Made by a program: the position numbers and the translations under genes. A stretch of DNA of 60,000 nucleotides from assembly GCF_963921235.1 (NCBI RefSeq), contig NC_086107.1, forward strand, positions 103,108,001-103,168,000, in the 5' to 3' direction. The notes beneath the pieces were generated by a model. That model saw only the letters and a list, made by a program, of their open reading frames with translations. It was not told the origin of the DNA and made no database searches. The stretch comes from Mobula hypostoma (lineage: Eukaryota). Positions 25,846 through 38,935 of this stretch are shown here, piece by piece (the first letter of the stretch is position 1; the number at the start of each line of letters is the position of its first letter).

Positions 25846-25970
25846 CTTCGTTAGTCTGCAGCGAAATAACAGTCAAGTCCAGGGGTAGGCTGTCCTGACG
25901 ATTTTCCAGTCGGACTCTCTCAAGCTTGGCTTCACTTCCTAATGCTGCGTTGCCGTCTTTCATAGTAAAG
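25846..25970 (-). CDS. WDR24: WDR24 coding exon 4
   Basis: TTTCTGCAG|(S)FTMKDGNAALGSEAKLERVRLENRQDSLPLDLTVISLQTNE|GTACCA; 125 nt. Phases fit both neighbours, and it aligns to recalled human FNLKDMAPGLGSETRLDR..LITNE. Not in the ORF track. Confidence 0.9.
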
Positions 25971-26494
25971 CTGCAGAAACAGGGTCAGGGAGGTGGGGAG
26001 GGGAATCCTTTACACATTAGACAATGCACTACCCAGCAGGCTGCAGCTAAAAGCGAGGTCGGGTACAGGTCAGATCCCGGAGCCCCTCATCACAATGAAC
26101 CCCTTGTTGAACAATATGCAGGAGATCTTTGGGGATGTAACAGGCAGGGTGGATAAGGGGGTACAAGTAGATGTAGAGTATTGGGAGTTAGATGAAACAC
26201 AGAACATTAGCATTCACTGAGGCGTACTGTGCAAGAGTTGGGGTAATAAATTCCGTGGCAGACCAGTATAAATCAGTTTCGGTGAACAAAAGCGTGCAGA
26301 GGTGGGAGTTTGAAGCAATCAGCAACCTGCTGGCAGAACTCAGCAGGTCGAGCAGCATCTGGAGGGGGAAAAAGGAATCGTCAGCATTTCAGGTCAAAAT
26401 CCTACATCAGAGAGCTGGAATAAATGGGTCACTGGCAGATTAATGGTCACTAATAAGTGGAATTCACAGCGATCAACAGTGAGACCACACCTTG

Positions 26495-27040
26495 TGTCCG
26501 GTTTTGGTCTCCAAATTTGAGGAAGGACATTCTAGCTATTGAGGGAGTGCAGCGTAGGTTCATGAGGTTAATTCCCGGGATGGCGGGACTGTCATAAATT
26601 GAAAGATTGGAGCGACTGGGCTTGTATACACTGGAATTTAGAAGGCTGAGAGGGGATCTGATTGAAACATACAAGATTATTAAGGGATTGGACACACTAG
26701 AGGCAGGAAACATGTTCCGGATGTTGGGGGGGGGTCCAGAACCAGAGGCCACAGTTTAAGAATGAGGGGTAGGCCATTTAGAACAGAGTTGAGAAAAAAC
26801 TTTTTCACCCAGAGAGTTGTGGATCTGTGGAATGCTCTGCCTCAGAAGGCAGTGGAGGCCAATTCTCTGGATGCTTTCAAAAAAGAGTTAGATAGAGCTC
26901 TAAAAGATAGTGGAGTCAAGGGATACGGGGAGAAGGCAGGAATGGGGTACTGATTGTGGATGATCAGCCATGATCACTGTGAATGGTGGTGTTGGCTCGA
27001 AGGGCCGAATGGCCTATTCCTGCACCTATTGTCTATTGGT
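26495..27040 (+). mobile_element. CR1 LINE 3' end, same subfamily as 43030-43690
   Basis: RGRPFRTELRKNFFTQRVVDLWNALPQKAVEA..GYGEKAG, followed by the CR1 tail. Confidence 0.85.
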
Positions 27041-27511
27041 ACCTCCACTATTCACAGTTTGTATTAGAGACTTGGATGAAGGAATGAAGGGTCCTGGAGC
27101 CAAAATCTCTGATAATACGAGGGGCGGTCTGGGGATTCTAAGAGCTCAAAGATCTCACAAATCAGACTAGATTGGTGAAGAAATGAGAGAGGAGCTGGCT
27201 GAAGGAGCATCATGCTGGGAAGTGGGAGGTAATCCACTCTGGAAAAAAGGACAAAAAAACAACTTATTGTTTACACAGAGGGCATCCTCAAAATCATAAG
27301 GTACAGAAAGGAGTCCAAAGACAAACATAAAATGTTAACATTGAAGTAGAACATCAAGCTTTAGGAAGGAGAATGGAATGTTAGTGTTTACTGCAAAGGG
27401 GGCTTCAGTTTAATATTTTATTCGTAGTATACCTTCTGTAGCAACCACAACTTCAGCTCAGAGTCACTGCTCCAATGCCTGGACGTATAGTCATCTGACT
27501 TAGGGAAGTAA

Positions 27512-28013
27512 AGGCTGATTTATACTTCTGCGTCAACTCGACACCTTAACCTACATAAGTGGCCTACGTGCGTTGTGAGCATTTATACTTGTGCGTTAGT
27601 GTGTCTGCATTGCTCTGCAATTCCGGCACGTCGCGCATGCGCACACACCTGCCCGTGCAAGGCTTCATGGTCATGGTAGTCTTTCTCCGGATAAACAAGT
27701 TTAAAGCAAGCGTCTTTTTTTGTAAAAGCAAAATGTGTCCTCCATAATTTTGGAGGTCTGTAAAGCTTTATGGAAAGCATTGCAGCCAGAGTTCCTTCCC
27801 TGTCCTTCAGTCGCCCAGTGGGAAGCTATTGCAGCGTAGGAGGAAATGCAATGCTACCAAGCGGCTGTTGCGTTCTGCGTTGCCGCGACACAGTTACATT
27901 TTGGGAGAGGTGTGCGTCAGGCTCTGGCGTAGGGATTCGCGTTGGCTCTGCGTAGGGTTTACAATGACGCCGTACTTACGGCGTCACGTTGACACAGAAG
28001 TATAAATCAGGCT
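27512..28013. mobile_element. PIF/Harbinger-like MITE, second family
   Basis: TIRs AGGCTGATTTATACTTCTGCGTCAAC / GTTGACACAGAAGTATAAATCAGGCT; flanks TAA / TCA. Confidence 0.7.
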
Positions 28014-28360
28014 TCAGTGTGGAGGTGAGTGACAAACGGTGGTGACGGAATCAATCTGTGTGTTTGACTATAACATGCAGTACTTTTCCTTCTATCGTTA
28101 GACGTAGGTGCTGAAACCCTACGGGGGGGAGGAGTGAGGGGGAGACGGGGACAAGTGTTTAGATTGATGTGTGTGAGAGGGAGCGCGCAAGAGAGAGTGT
28201 GAAAGAGAGCACATGAGAGAGAACATGTCAGAGAAAGACAGAGCGAAAGCACGCGAATAAACGTTTACGCGTGTTTGTTCGTTCATGTGCGTGCATGCGC
28301 GTACAGGTGTGTTCTGACAGGCTCAGGCCATGTCTGACCGTGTGCGGGGACATGCGGTAC

Positions 28361-29149
28361 CTGCTGAGGGGATGTGCCGTCTTGCCAGGTCCCTGCCCAC
28401 CTCCGCCCGGGGTCCCGGCGGCGCAGACCCCTGCGCCAGCGTAGATGATCTTCAGCATGGTCCAGATCTGAGCCACCTGGTAACGCCTGAGCTGCCGGGC
28501 CACGGCGGCGTTGCGGTCGCAGAGCTCGGGGAGGGGGCCGCCGCTCAGGCAGTACTGGCAGGCCGTCTGCGAGAACCAGTCCACGGGGGCCGCGGCGCCT
28601 GGCCGCGACTCGAAGACACTCAGGGCGCTCAACACGCTGGTGAACTGCTCGGCGGGGTCCTGGCGCCGCACGAAGAAGAAGGGGTAGCGGCGGTCGGGGC
28701 CGTAGGGCTTGCGGGCCCCCTCGGCCGAGCACAGGCTCTCCTTGACGGCGAACGCCACGTCGCCGAAGAGGCTGACGGACAGCCCCTCTGGGACGGCCCG
28801 GCTGGCCGGGCGCTGGGCGTCCCTGAAGAAGTGGTGGTACAGCGTACTGTCCTTGGATCCAGAGAGCAGGAAGTGCGGGTCGTGGGCGTGGCGCCAGGCG
28901 ATGCCCGTGGTGACATCCTTGTGCTCCTCGAACATGGCGAAGGGGACGTAGGGCCGCCGCACGTCCCACACGTAGATGTTGTGGTCCACCATCATGGAGC
29001 AGGTGGCGATGTGGTACCGGCGCTCGGGCCGCCACAGCACGCGGGCCACGGACGCAATCGTCTGCACGCAGTAGCTCTCCCGCGCTTTGTAGCTGGTCAG
29101 GTCCCATACCTTCACCATCTTGTCTCGGCCCCCCGTCACCAGGCAGCCT
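28361..29149 (-). CDS. WDR24: WDR24 coding exon 3 (WD40 repeats and downstream region)
   Basis: TTCTCCCGCAG|(R)[16 protein letters not shown]...[22 protein letters not shown]...[12 protein letters not shown]...KTAHPLS|GTACCG; 789 nt. Confidence 0.95.
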
Positions 29150-31617
29150 CTGCGGGAGAAACACCGAGATGTCAGAGGTGTCCGGCAAGAACAGACCAGG
29201 GAATCTTATCAACACACCCATTGGGCAGAACGTCCTCAGCGAGAATTAGAACATAGCACAGACTTTCAGCCCAAAATTCTGTGCTGATCAAGATCAATCT
29301 AACCCTTTTCTCCTGTGCAGCTCATAACCCAATATTTCTCTTTCATCCATGCACCCATCTATGAATCTCTTAAATGCCCCTAATGTAACAACCTCTCCCA
29401 CCGCTCCCAGCTGTGCTTCCCAGCTACCCACCTTTCTCTGTGTAAGGTAATGTATCTCCGACATCTTCCCAAAACTTCCCTTCACTCACCTAAAAACAGG
29501 GGTCCCCAAATATTTTATGCCATTAACCGAGGGGCCCCTGCCTCTGGTATTAGTCATATACACCCTGGGAAAATGCTGTCTACTCTTATCTATGTCTCTT
29601 ATCATCCTATACATCTCTTATCAAATCACCTCTCACTCCAAAGAGAAAAGCCCTAGCTCGGCTCAACCTTTCCTCAGCAGACATGCTCTCCAATCCAGGC
29701 AGCATCCTGGTTAAGTCTCCTCTCTCCCCTCCCTAAAGCTTCCACATCCTTCCTATAATGAGCTGACCAGAACTGAACTCACATTCAGTGGCTACTGTAT
29801 TAGGCACACCTGTACACCTACACGTTAATGAGAATATCTAATCAGCCAATCGTGGGGCAGCAACTCAATGAGTAAGAGCATGCTGACACGGTCAAGAGGT
29901 CATTAAGTAGAGGATACAGCTCGGGCAAACATAGCACCGGGCTCAAGGGTAGCTTCTACCTGATGGCAGCAGCCAGAAAAGAGCATGGCCTGGGTGGTGA
30001 GGATCTCTGATGATGGATAAACAAATATAAACTGTGTCCTGCTTAAGGGTCTCGGCCCGAAACGCCAACTGTACTCTTTTCCATAGAAGCTGCCTGACCT
30101 GCTGAGTTCGTCCGGCATTTTGGGTGTGTGTTGCTCGTATTTCCAGCATCTGCAGGTTTTCTCTTGTTTGAAGATTGCTGATGCTTTTCTATGGCAACGT
30201 TTCACGTAGATGTGCTCGATGGTTGGGAGGGTTTATCCATGATGTACTGGGCCAAATTGACTACCTTTTGTAGGATTGTCCGTTCAAAGGCGTATCTAAT
30301 TCTGATGTGGGGAAAAGTTGACTGTTGTTTACCCTACCTATAGTCTTCATTACTTTATATACTTCAATCAAGTCTCTTCTGAACCTCAGCGTGTGTGCAC
30401 ACTAGTGCATCCACCTGAGCACTCGTTTATCACTGTGCACGTTTGCGCAGATGTTCACGCGCACTCAGTTGTGCAAGTACAATTAAAGGTCAGCTGCCCG
30501 ATACTTCATCCGGAGAAGGCTCCAGTAACCAGCACCTTGCAGGGAGGGCACGCAGGTCCACGCTGGGGTAGCTCCCAAGCCGCCATCACAGGTCACCCAG
30601 CACGCCTGATTACCTGACGCGTACCAGGCGATGGTGCTTTTAGTGTACTTGTGCGCTCCTGTACCGGTATACTCAGGTGATCAGGCACGCGGCTGTCAGC
30701 GCCACATGGCCAGAGACCTGGGTTCAATCCGGACTGCCGGTGCTGTCTTTGTGGAGTTCGCATGTTCTCCCTGTGACCTCCAAGTTCCCACCACATCCCA
30801 AAGACAAGCAGGTTGGGAGGTTAATTACTGACTTAGTTAAACAGCACTACACCTACTGGGCAGAGTTGCTCTGTCCTGGGCCATTCTGTCAAGTTGTCTC
30901 GAGAAGACAACCATCCTCTTGATGGGCTACACCAACGAGAAGTAACCCATCGTCCTGGAGTATCCCTCCTCTCCCAGGGATGAGGTCTCTGGAGCTTCAG
31001 TCGTTTCTGGAGCTCTGGCTTCCTACGGGACAGACTGCCAGCTCCGTGCCCAACCCTCTTCCTTTCACAGCCAGGCTCGGGACCGTCCGAGGCCGAGCTG
31101 GGGAGGTTAACTGGCCACTGTGAATTGTCCCCAGGTGAGCTGCAGACGGCTGTAGACTCGCTCCCATCGTGGGCACCAGCCTCCCCACCATCGAGGACAT
31201 CTTCAAAAAGCAAGTACCCCAGGAAGGCGGCATCCACCATGAAAGACCCCTACCATCCAGCACGTGCCCTCTCTCATCAGGAAGGAGGTACGGGAGTCTG
31301 AGGACACACACTTAACATTTTAGGAACAGCTTCTTCCCCTCCGCCATCAGATTTCCAAACGACCCATGAACACTACTTCTATTTGCTCTTTTTATACTAT
31401 TTATTTATATAGATCTTTTAAATAACTTACAGTAATTTTTTTTGGACTACTACCTCAAAACAACAAATTTCACAACATGTATCAGTGACAATAAACCTGA
31501 TTCTGACAGATGACTGGGGATAAGTGTAGGATTAGTGTAAATGGGTGTTTGATGGTCAGCACAAACCTGATGGGCTGAAGGGCCTGTTTACATGCTGCAT
31601 GTCAGAGTGTATTCTTT

Positions 31618-31921
31618 TAAGGCATCCGTTAGTCTTGCGAGACCATGGATCTGCGCCTGCCTTCACTCTCCAGGGCGCAGGCCTGGGCAAGGCTGTATGG
31701 AAGACCAGCAGTTTCCCATGCTGCAAGTCTCCCCTCTCCACGACACCAATGTTGTCCAAGGGAAGGGCATTAGGACCCATAGAGCTTGGCACCAGTGTCG
31801 TCGCACAGCAATGTGTGATTAAGTGCCTTGCTCAAGGACACAACACGTTCCCTCAGCTGGGGCTCGAACTCATGACCTTCAGGTTGCTAGTCCAATGCCT
31901 TAACCACTTGGCCACGTGCCC
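31618..31921 (-). mobile_element. tRNA-derived SINE with CORE-like central domain (second copy 35596-35903; partial ~15840-15975)
   Basis: Minus strand has GGGCACGTGGCCAAGTGGTTAAGG (A box), GAGTTCGAGCC (B box), then GTGTCCTTGAGCAAGGCACTTAA. The two full copies are very similar. Confidence 0.8.
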
Positions 31922-32436
31922 ACGAGTGTATTCTAGAGTTACGGTATATAGCAAAGTTAGGGTATATATAATTTCAACAATCTTTAGACCAGAACACAGA
32001 CTGTAGATTGAATTTAAAATGCAGCTCTGAACAATGATCTTCCTGGAGCTGCATTCTGGGGTTGATTGCAAACAAAGAAACACTCCATAAACCTCAGGCG
32101 CCTGCATTTGCGTGAATGTGGCCCACAGTCAGTGGAATTAATATTCAATTTGGGTGTCTGGAGTGTGGATGTGAAGCTAGAGGTGTTTGAAAACTGTATG
32201 TAATTCAAAGGAAGCATTGTAGATACACTATAACTATAGAATTGACCGTATATTACCTTTGATCTTAAGCATATAAAAACGTCATGTAATATTCAATCAG
32301 GCAGGCCTCCTCTCTGCACAAGACTCATGAGGAATGTTTACTAACGTAGTGATAAGCACGCTTATTGGCATGCACATTCTTATGTATGTGCGCGCGCAAT
32401 TCCATGGGGAGGCGTGTGTACCTGCCTGGGTGCACC

Positions 32437-32439
<3 letters not shown>

Positions 32440-32483
<44 letters not shown>
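32440..32483. repeat. (CA)22 microsatellite
   Basis: Read directly. Other short repeats: ~1478-1499 (CA), ~37531-37550 and ~50075-50102 (GA). Confidence 0.95.
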
Positions 32484-32485
<2 letters not shown>

Positions 32486-32500
32486 ACCCTCTAGTCCCAC

Positions 32501-32678
32501 CTGTCGTCTGGGTGCCAGTCACAGGAGAAGACCGGCCCGTTATGAGCCGTAAACATCCTCTCGCACCGGTCCGGCCTCCGCATGTCCCACAGTTGCACGT
32601 TGCCATTCTCGAAGGTGGCGGCAAAGGTGAAAAAGTCTCGGGCGCTGAAGTGGACGTCGCGCACGCTCTCCGACTGAC
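32501..32678 (-). CDS. WDR24: WDR24 coding exon 2
   Basis: CCTGCAG|(G)[64 protein letters not shown]; 178 nt. Confidence 0.96.
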
Positions 32679-32844
32679 CTGCAGGCGGAAGACCATCACA
32701 GTCAGGATACCTGGGGGTTTAGGTAGGGATTTTATCCTCTGTGCAACTGGGTTAGCACTTGGCTGGAGACAGAACACTTCTATACAGTATTGTCACTGTG
32801 ATGAGAGAACAACTACTAACCTGCGCTCAGGAGCGAGACATACC

Positions 32845-33630
32845 AGTTAGCTGAGCGCTGTCACAGCAACAACCTTGTACTCAACATCAGCAAGACCAGA
32901 GCTGATTGTGGATTTCAGAAAGGGTAAAACGAGGGAACACAAACCAACCCTTATAGGGGGATCAGAAGTGCAGAGTGAGCAATTTCAAGTTCCTGGGTGT
33001 CGATATCTCTGAGGACCTAACCTTGTCCCAATATATCGATGCAGCTATAAAGGCGGCAAGACAGCGGCTATATTTCATGAGGAGTTTGAGGAGATTTGGC
33101 TTGTCAACTAATACACTCAAAAACTTCTACAAATGTACCATGGAGAGCATTCTGACTGGCTGCATCACTGTCTGGTATGGGAGGGGGTCTACTGCAGTAG
33201 ATCAAAATAAGTTGCAGAAATTTGTAAAAATTATTCAGCTCCACCATAAGTACAAAGACATCTTCAAGGAGCGGTGCCTTAGGAAGGCGGCGTAAATCAT
33301 TAAGGACCCCCACCACCCAGGACATGCCCTCTTCTCATTGCTACCATCAGGAAGCAAGTACAGGAACCTGAAGTGTAGCAATCCAGGAACAGCTTCTTCC
33401 CCTCTGCCGTCCGATTTCCAAATGGACACTGACCCCATGAACACCACCTCACTACTGTTATTATTTCTGTTCTTTTACGTTTATTTTAACCTGACTATTT
33501 AATAGATGTATATATACTTAATGTAACTCGGTTTTCTTTCTCTATATTTATCTGTCATGTATTTCATTGTACTGCTGCCATAAAGTTAACAAGTTTCACG
33601 ACATATGGTGATAATATTAAATCTGATTCT
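32845..33630 (+). mobile_element. Rex1/Babar LINE 3' portion
   Basis: FKFLGVDISEDLT..AARQRLYFMRSLRRFGLSTNTLKNFYKCTMESILTGCITVWYG, then an AT-rich tail. Confidence 0.8.
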
Positions 33631-33749
33631 GAAAGGCATAGCAAAGGCCCACTGCTTTGCAGAATCAATCTGAATTGGGCTGTTACCGCTGACATTTGTC
33701 GTGAAATTTGTGGTTCTGCAGTGGAAGACGTCAAAATGTCTGTAACATA

Positions 33750-34480
33750 GAACAGTACAGCACAGTAGACTCGGCCCACAATGTTGTGATCTTTTAACCT
33801 ACTCCATAATGGATCTAACCCACATAGCCTCCACTTTCCACATGCCTGCCTGAGTGTCTTTAATACCCCTGATGTACATTCTTCTACCACCAGCCCTGGC
33901 AGTGTATTCCAGGCACTCTTCACCGTCTGTGTTGAAAAACCTAACTCTGTACTTGCCTCCACTCACTGTAAAAGCATATCCTCTCGTATTAAGCATTGCC
34001 GCCCTGGGAAAAAGGCACAGCTGTTCATACCGTAGAAACCTCTTACAAACATCCTACATCCCTATCAAGTCGTCTCTCACCCTCCTTTGCTTCGACCTTT
34101 CCACACAAGACACGTTCTCTTATCCAGGAAACCTCTTGGTAAATCTCCTCTGCACCCTCCCTATAGTTTCCTAGAGTGAGGCAACCAGAACCGAACACAA
34201 TACTCCAAGTGTGGTCTAACCAGAGTTTTATAGGGCTGCAACGTTACCTCGCAGCTCATGAAACGAGTCCCCCAACTAACGAAGGCCAACACACTATACA
34301 TCTTCTTAACCACCCAATCAACTAGCACGACAATTTAAGGGTTCTATGGATGTGGACCCCAAGATTCCCATTTCTTCACCTGCTAAAAATGTGGCCATTA
34401 ACTGTGTGCACTGTCTTCAAATTGACCATTTCACACTTTTCCAGACTGAACTCCATCTGCCACTTCTCAGCCCAGCTAGC
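33750..34480 (-). mobile_element. CR1 LINE 3' fragment (another at ~29250-29780)
   Basis: Reverse complement of the CR1 3' tail and ORF2 end. Confidence 0.65.
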
Positions 34481-35569
34481 TCTGCATCCAAATAAATAAA
34501 TAGTTTAAAAGATGAATAACGGGGTTATTTGCTGAGGGGTCTTGAGGAAAACTCGACTGATACCCACCGGAGAAGTTGATGTCTTATCTGCAAGTGACAA
34601 CAAAATCGGTGATATCACAGACAGCCAAAAAAAAGTAAACTTGGACTGCACTTACACAGTAAATGATAGGGCAATGGATGCAGCGAAATCTCCAGGCCCA
34701 GAGCGATTGGCTGCGGCAGGGCCCGGGCCCACTGTTTGGGCAATTTAAATGCCAGCCCAGATAGACTGGATGGACAGGGTGTCAAGGGTCGGGCCGATTT
34801 AGCTCGCTCTCTGGTGAAGTTTACTCCTTTGCAATGCAGAGGCTACGAGACTACCCCCCGGCTGCTGAGCTTTGTGTCTGCAAACTTTGCGGTGACTTGT
34901 CCCGCTAATATGATGAATTGACGCCAAGGCTTTGTGCCTATTCCAGGGATTTGGATTTAAGGACTCAATCTGGTTCGGAATGCTGTGCTCACTTCTGTTG
35001 TTTGCATGATTTGTTTTTTTTTTCTATTTCTATGCGCATTGGGGGGGGTTGGTCTCTTTTGGAAAAAATGGTTTCTTTTGGGTTCCTTGCTGTGTGGCTA
35101 GCTGTAAGCAGATAAATCTCAAGGTTGAGTAATTTATACAGACTTTGATAATAAGTGTACTTTGTTGAAGAGAGACCTAGGGATACTGGTTCATAGTCCC
35201 CAAAGTGGTGACACAGGGAGACAAGGTGGTAAAGAAGGCGTTAGGCTCGGTCCGAGCACTGAGTAGGGTTGGGATGTCATGTGACATCTATACAAATCAT
35301 TGCATTTCTGGTCACAATACTACAGTGAGGACATCATTCAACTGGAAAGGGTGCAGGAAAGATTCACAAGGATGTTACTGGGGGGGGGGGCTTGAAAGCT
35401 AAAGAGAGTCTGAGTAGATTAGGACTTCTCCCCGTGGATCACAGGAGTTTGAGGAGTGACCCTTACAGAGATTTATTTATACCCCTCATAAGGGGGATGG
35501 TCATAGTCTTCTTCCCACGAGCAAGGTGTTCAGTGCATGGATGAACTGATGGATACCGTTCAGCTTCAA

Positions 35570-37025
35570 CACTGATGTTGTTTATAGACTAAGTAAAGGC
35601 ATCCGTTAGTCTTGCGAGACCATGGATCCGCACCTGGGAAGTCTTCACTCTCCAGGGCGCAGGCCTGGGCAAGGTTGTATGGAAGACCGGCAGTTTCCCA
35701 TGCTGCAAGTCTCCCCTCTCCACGACATCAATGTTGTCCAAGGGAAGGACATTAGGACCCATACAGCTTGGCACCAGTGTCGTCGCACAGCAATGTGTGA
35801 TTAAGTGCCTTGCTCAAGGACACAACACGTTGCCTCGGCTGGGGATCGAACTCACAACCTTCAGGTCGCTAGTCCAATGCCTTAACCACTTGGCCACGTG
35901 CCCACTTTTATAGATTACAGCTCAGCGTTTAACACCAGCGTGCCTACAGTCCTGATTGAAAAGCTCCAGAACCTGGGACTCTGTCTCTCCCTCTGCAACT
36001 GGATGCTCGACTGGCTAATCGGAAGACCACAATCTGTGCGGATTGGAAATAACATCAACACTGGCTCACCTCAGGGATCTGTGCTTAGCTCACTGCTCTA
36101 CTCTCTACACCCTCGACTGTGTGGCTAGACACACCTCAACTGCCATCTATAAATCCACAGCTGTTGTTGGCAGAATCTCAGATGGTGACGAGAGGGCGTA
36201 CAGGAGTGTGATACACCAGCTGGTTGAGTGGTGTCGCACAATCTTGCACTCTATGTCAGTAAGACCAAAAAACTGATTGTGGACTTCAGAAAGGGGTAAG
36301 ACGAGGGAACACACACCAGTCCTCATAGACGGATCAGACGTGGGATGAGTGAGCGATTCCAAGATCCTGGGTGTCAACGTCTCTGAGGATCTAACCTGGT
36401 CCCAACATATCGATGCAGCTACAAAGAAGGCAGGACAGCAGCTACATTTCATTAGGAGTTTGAGGAGGTTTGGTACGTCCCCAAAAACACTTGTAAATTT
36501 CTACAGAGGTACTGTGGCGAGCATTCTAACTGGCTGCATCACCGTCTGGTATGTGGGGGGGGGGAGGGGGCTACTGCACAGGATCAAAGTCAGCTGCAGA
36601 GAGTTGTAAACTTAGTCAGCTCCATCATGGGCACTAGCCTCTGTAGAATCCAGGACATCCTCAAGGAATGAAGTCTCAGAAAGGCGGCATCCATTATTAA
36701 GGACACCCCCCCACCCCATCACCCAGGTCATGCCTTGTTCTCATTGCTATCATCAGGAGCCCGAAGGCACACACTCGGAGACTCGGGAACAGCTTCTTCC
36801 CCTCTGCCATCTAATTTCCAAATGGACATTGAACCCATGAGCACTACCCCACTACTTTTTTTTAATTCTATTTTTTGTACTACTTCTATGATTTAACTAA
36901 TATACATTTACTGTATTTTCTGTTTCTCTCTTTTATCATGTACTACATTGTACTGCTGATGCAAGATGATCACATTTCACAATAGATGCTGGTGATATTA
37001 AACCTGGGCTCCGATTCGGATTCTG
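35570..37025 (+). mobile_element. Rex1/Babar LINE fragment interrupted by a SINE (35596-35903)
   Basis: [28 protein letters not shown] and ILGVNVSEDLTWSQHID..HFIRSLRRFG. TTTATAGAYT is repeated on both sides of the SINE. Confidence 0.8.
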
Positions 37026-38463
37026 ATTTAAGAGCAGTTAGGATAGGTACACGGTTGGGAGGGGTATGGAGGAATATGGTCCAGGTACAGGTTGATCGGT
37101 CTAGGCTGATCAATGGTGCGGCAAGGACAAATTGAACCGTAGGGCCTGTTCTGTGCTGCAGTGCTCCACAGCCAAATGGAGACCTGGGGGAGACGAGAGA
37201 AATAAAAAGGGGTTTGGAAAAAGAACTTTAAGAACATTGTGGGATGGGAGTGAGAGTAATACAAGGGGTTGAAGGGGATGAAAGGGCACCGGGGGGTCAC
37301 GGGACTTTAGATGTGCTCTTTACTGAGGGTGGGAGACCAATCACGAGAGAGTTGAAGTCCCGAGGAAAGAAATGCCTTGGGGTTAAACGGAGGGTCGGAG
37401 TCAGGCTAGGTTTGAGTGTGGGAGATGGAGAGGAAGGGGTGGGTGGTGAGAGGATGGATACGGCCTTGTCGAAGGAGTGAGTGTAGGTTTGGAGACCCAG
37501 GCAGGGGATGCAAGTACAGAATGAAAAAAAAGAGAGAGAGAGAGAGAGAGAAAACGAGAGAACGAGAACTGGCCCTTCGGCCCATCGAGGCCGCACCGAC
37601 CATCAACCACCCGGTTACACTAACCTAACTTTAAACCCATTTACTCTCCCCTACAATGTCATCAACTTCCCCCAGGTCCCACCACTCCCCTACACAGTGG
37701 GGGCAATTTACACTGGGCAATTAACCCACTGCGGGTATTTGGGATGTGTAGGAGAATTGGAGACTGGTCGGAGGGCACAGCCACAGAATAAAGGGATGTC
37801 CTTTAGAACTGAGGAGAGCTGTGGTGAATCTACATAGAACATAGAATAGTACAGCACAGTACAGGCCCTTCGGCCCACAATGTTGTACCGACCCTCAAAC
37901 TCTGCCTCCCATATAAGCCCCCACCTTAAATTCCTCCATATACCTGTCTAGCAGTCTCTTAAACTACACTAGTGTATCTGACTCACTGAATCTGTGAAAG
38001 TAATTGCCACAGAAGGTTGTGGGGGACAGGTCACTGGGTGTTGACAGTTTCCTGATTCGCAAGGGGGTTGTAATTTTTTTAAAAAGCACCATGGTTGAAT
38101 GGTGGAGCAGAGTCAATGGACCAAACGGCCTAACGTTGCTCCTGATGTGGGAGGAAAGCGGAGCGTTGGTAGGAAACCCACGGGGCAGCAGGGAGAACGT
38201 GCAAACTCCACACAGACAGTGCCCAGCGCCAGAATTGGACTCGCGTCTCTGGAGCTGAGAGGCAGCTGCTCCACCGAGCGATACACACAAAATGCTGGAG
38301 GACGGGCAGCACCTCCGGAGGAGAGCAAAGAGGCGATGCTTTGGGCCGAGACCCAGAACCTCTTGTGTCTGTGCTCCGTTGTGCAGTCGGGTTCGGGGGA
38401 GGGAGGATGGATTCAGGGGAGGGAGGGTTTCCAGGCACAGTGGGGTGGGGTTTCAGCCCGTAC

Positions 38464-38935
38464 CTGAGAAGGTGCAGATAGACTCCTTCCTCCGCAGGTC
38501 GAAGCACTTCATGCAGCCGTCCTGGGAGCCGCTCAGCAGGATGTTCAGCTCCAGCGGGTGGAAGCAGACCTTGTTGACAGTGCGCTTGTGCTCCATGAAG
38601 AGCTGGTCCTGCTTGTTGCGGCTCGGCCTGCCCAGGTTCCAGGTCACCACGGCACCGTTGGTGGCCGCCGTGGCCAGCAGGTTCTCGTCCATCTGGTGCC
38701 AGGCCACGTCGGCGCAGCTGAAGTTGAGCGAGGGCTTGCGTCCCACCCGCAGGTTCGCCTTCTCCGTGAACTGCTCCTCCTCGATGCCGTAGATCTTGAA
38801 GATGTTGCGGCCGGCAACCGCGACCTGGGCGCCGTCGCGGCAGACGCTGATGGCGTTGGCAGGGGCGTCCAGGCTGCAGGACATGGTCTTGGCACTGACA
38901 GCACTGCCACCCAACGCCATGGGCATCCGCGCCAT
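38464..38935 (-). CDS. WDR24: WDR24 first coding exon (GATOR2 complex protein WDR24)
   Basis: Strong Kozak context GCCATGG at 38935; [72 protein letters not shown]; donor CAG|GTACGG; 472 nt. The eight exons sum to 2361 nt (786 aa plus stop). Confidence 0.96.

Noticed and set aside
28283..29256. 308-aa plus-strand ORF and 312-aa alternative minus-frame ORF
   Set aside because: Shadow ORFs of the GC-rich WDR24 exon 3, with no recognisable protein features.
31850..31921. tRNA-like sequence with A and B boxes (also ~35830-35903, ~21918-21990, ~23510-23590)
   Set aside because: These are SINE heads continuing into SINE bodies, not stand-alone tRNA genes.
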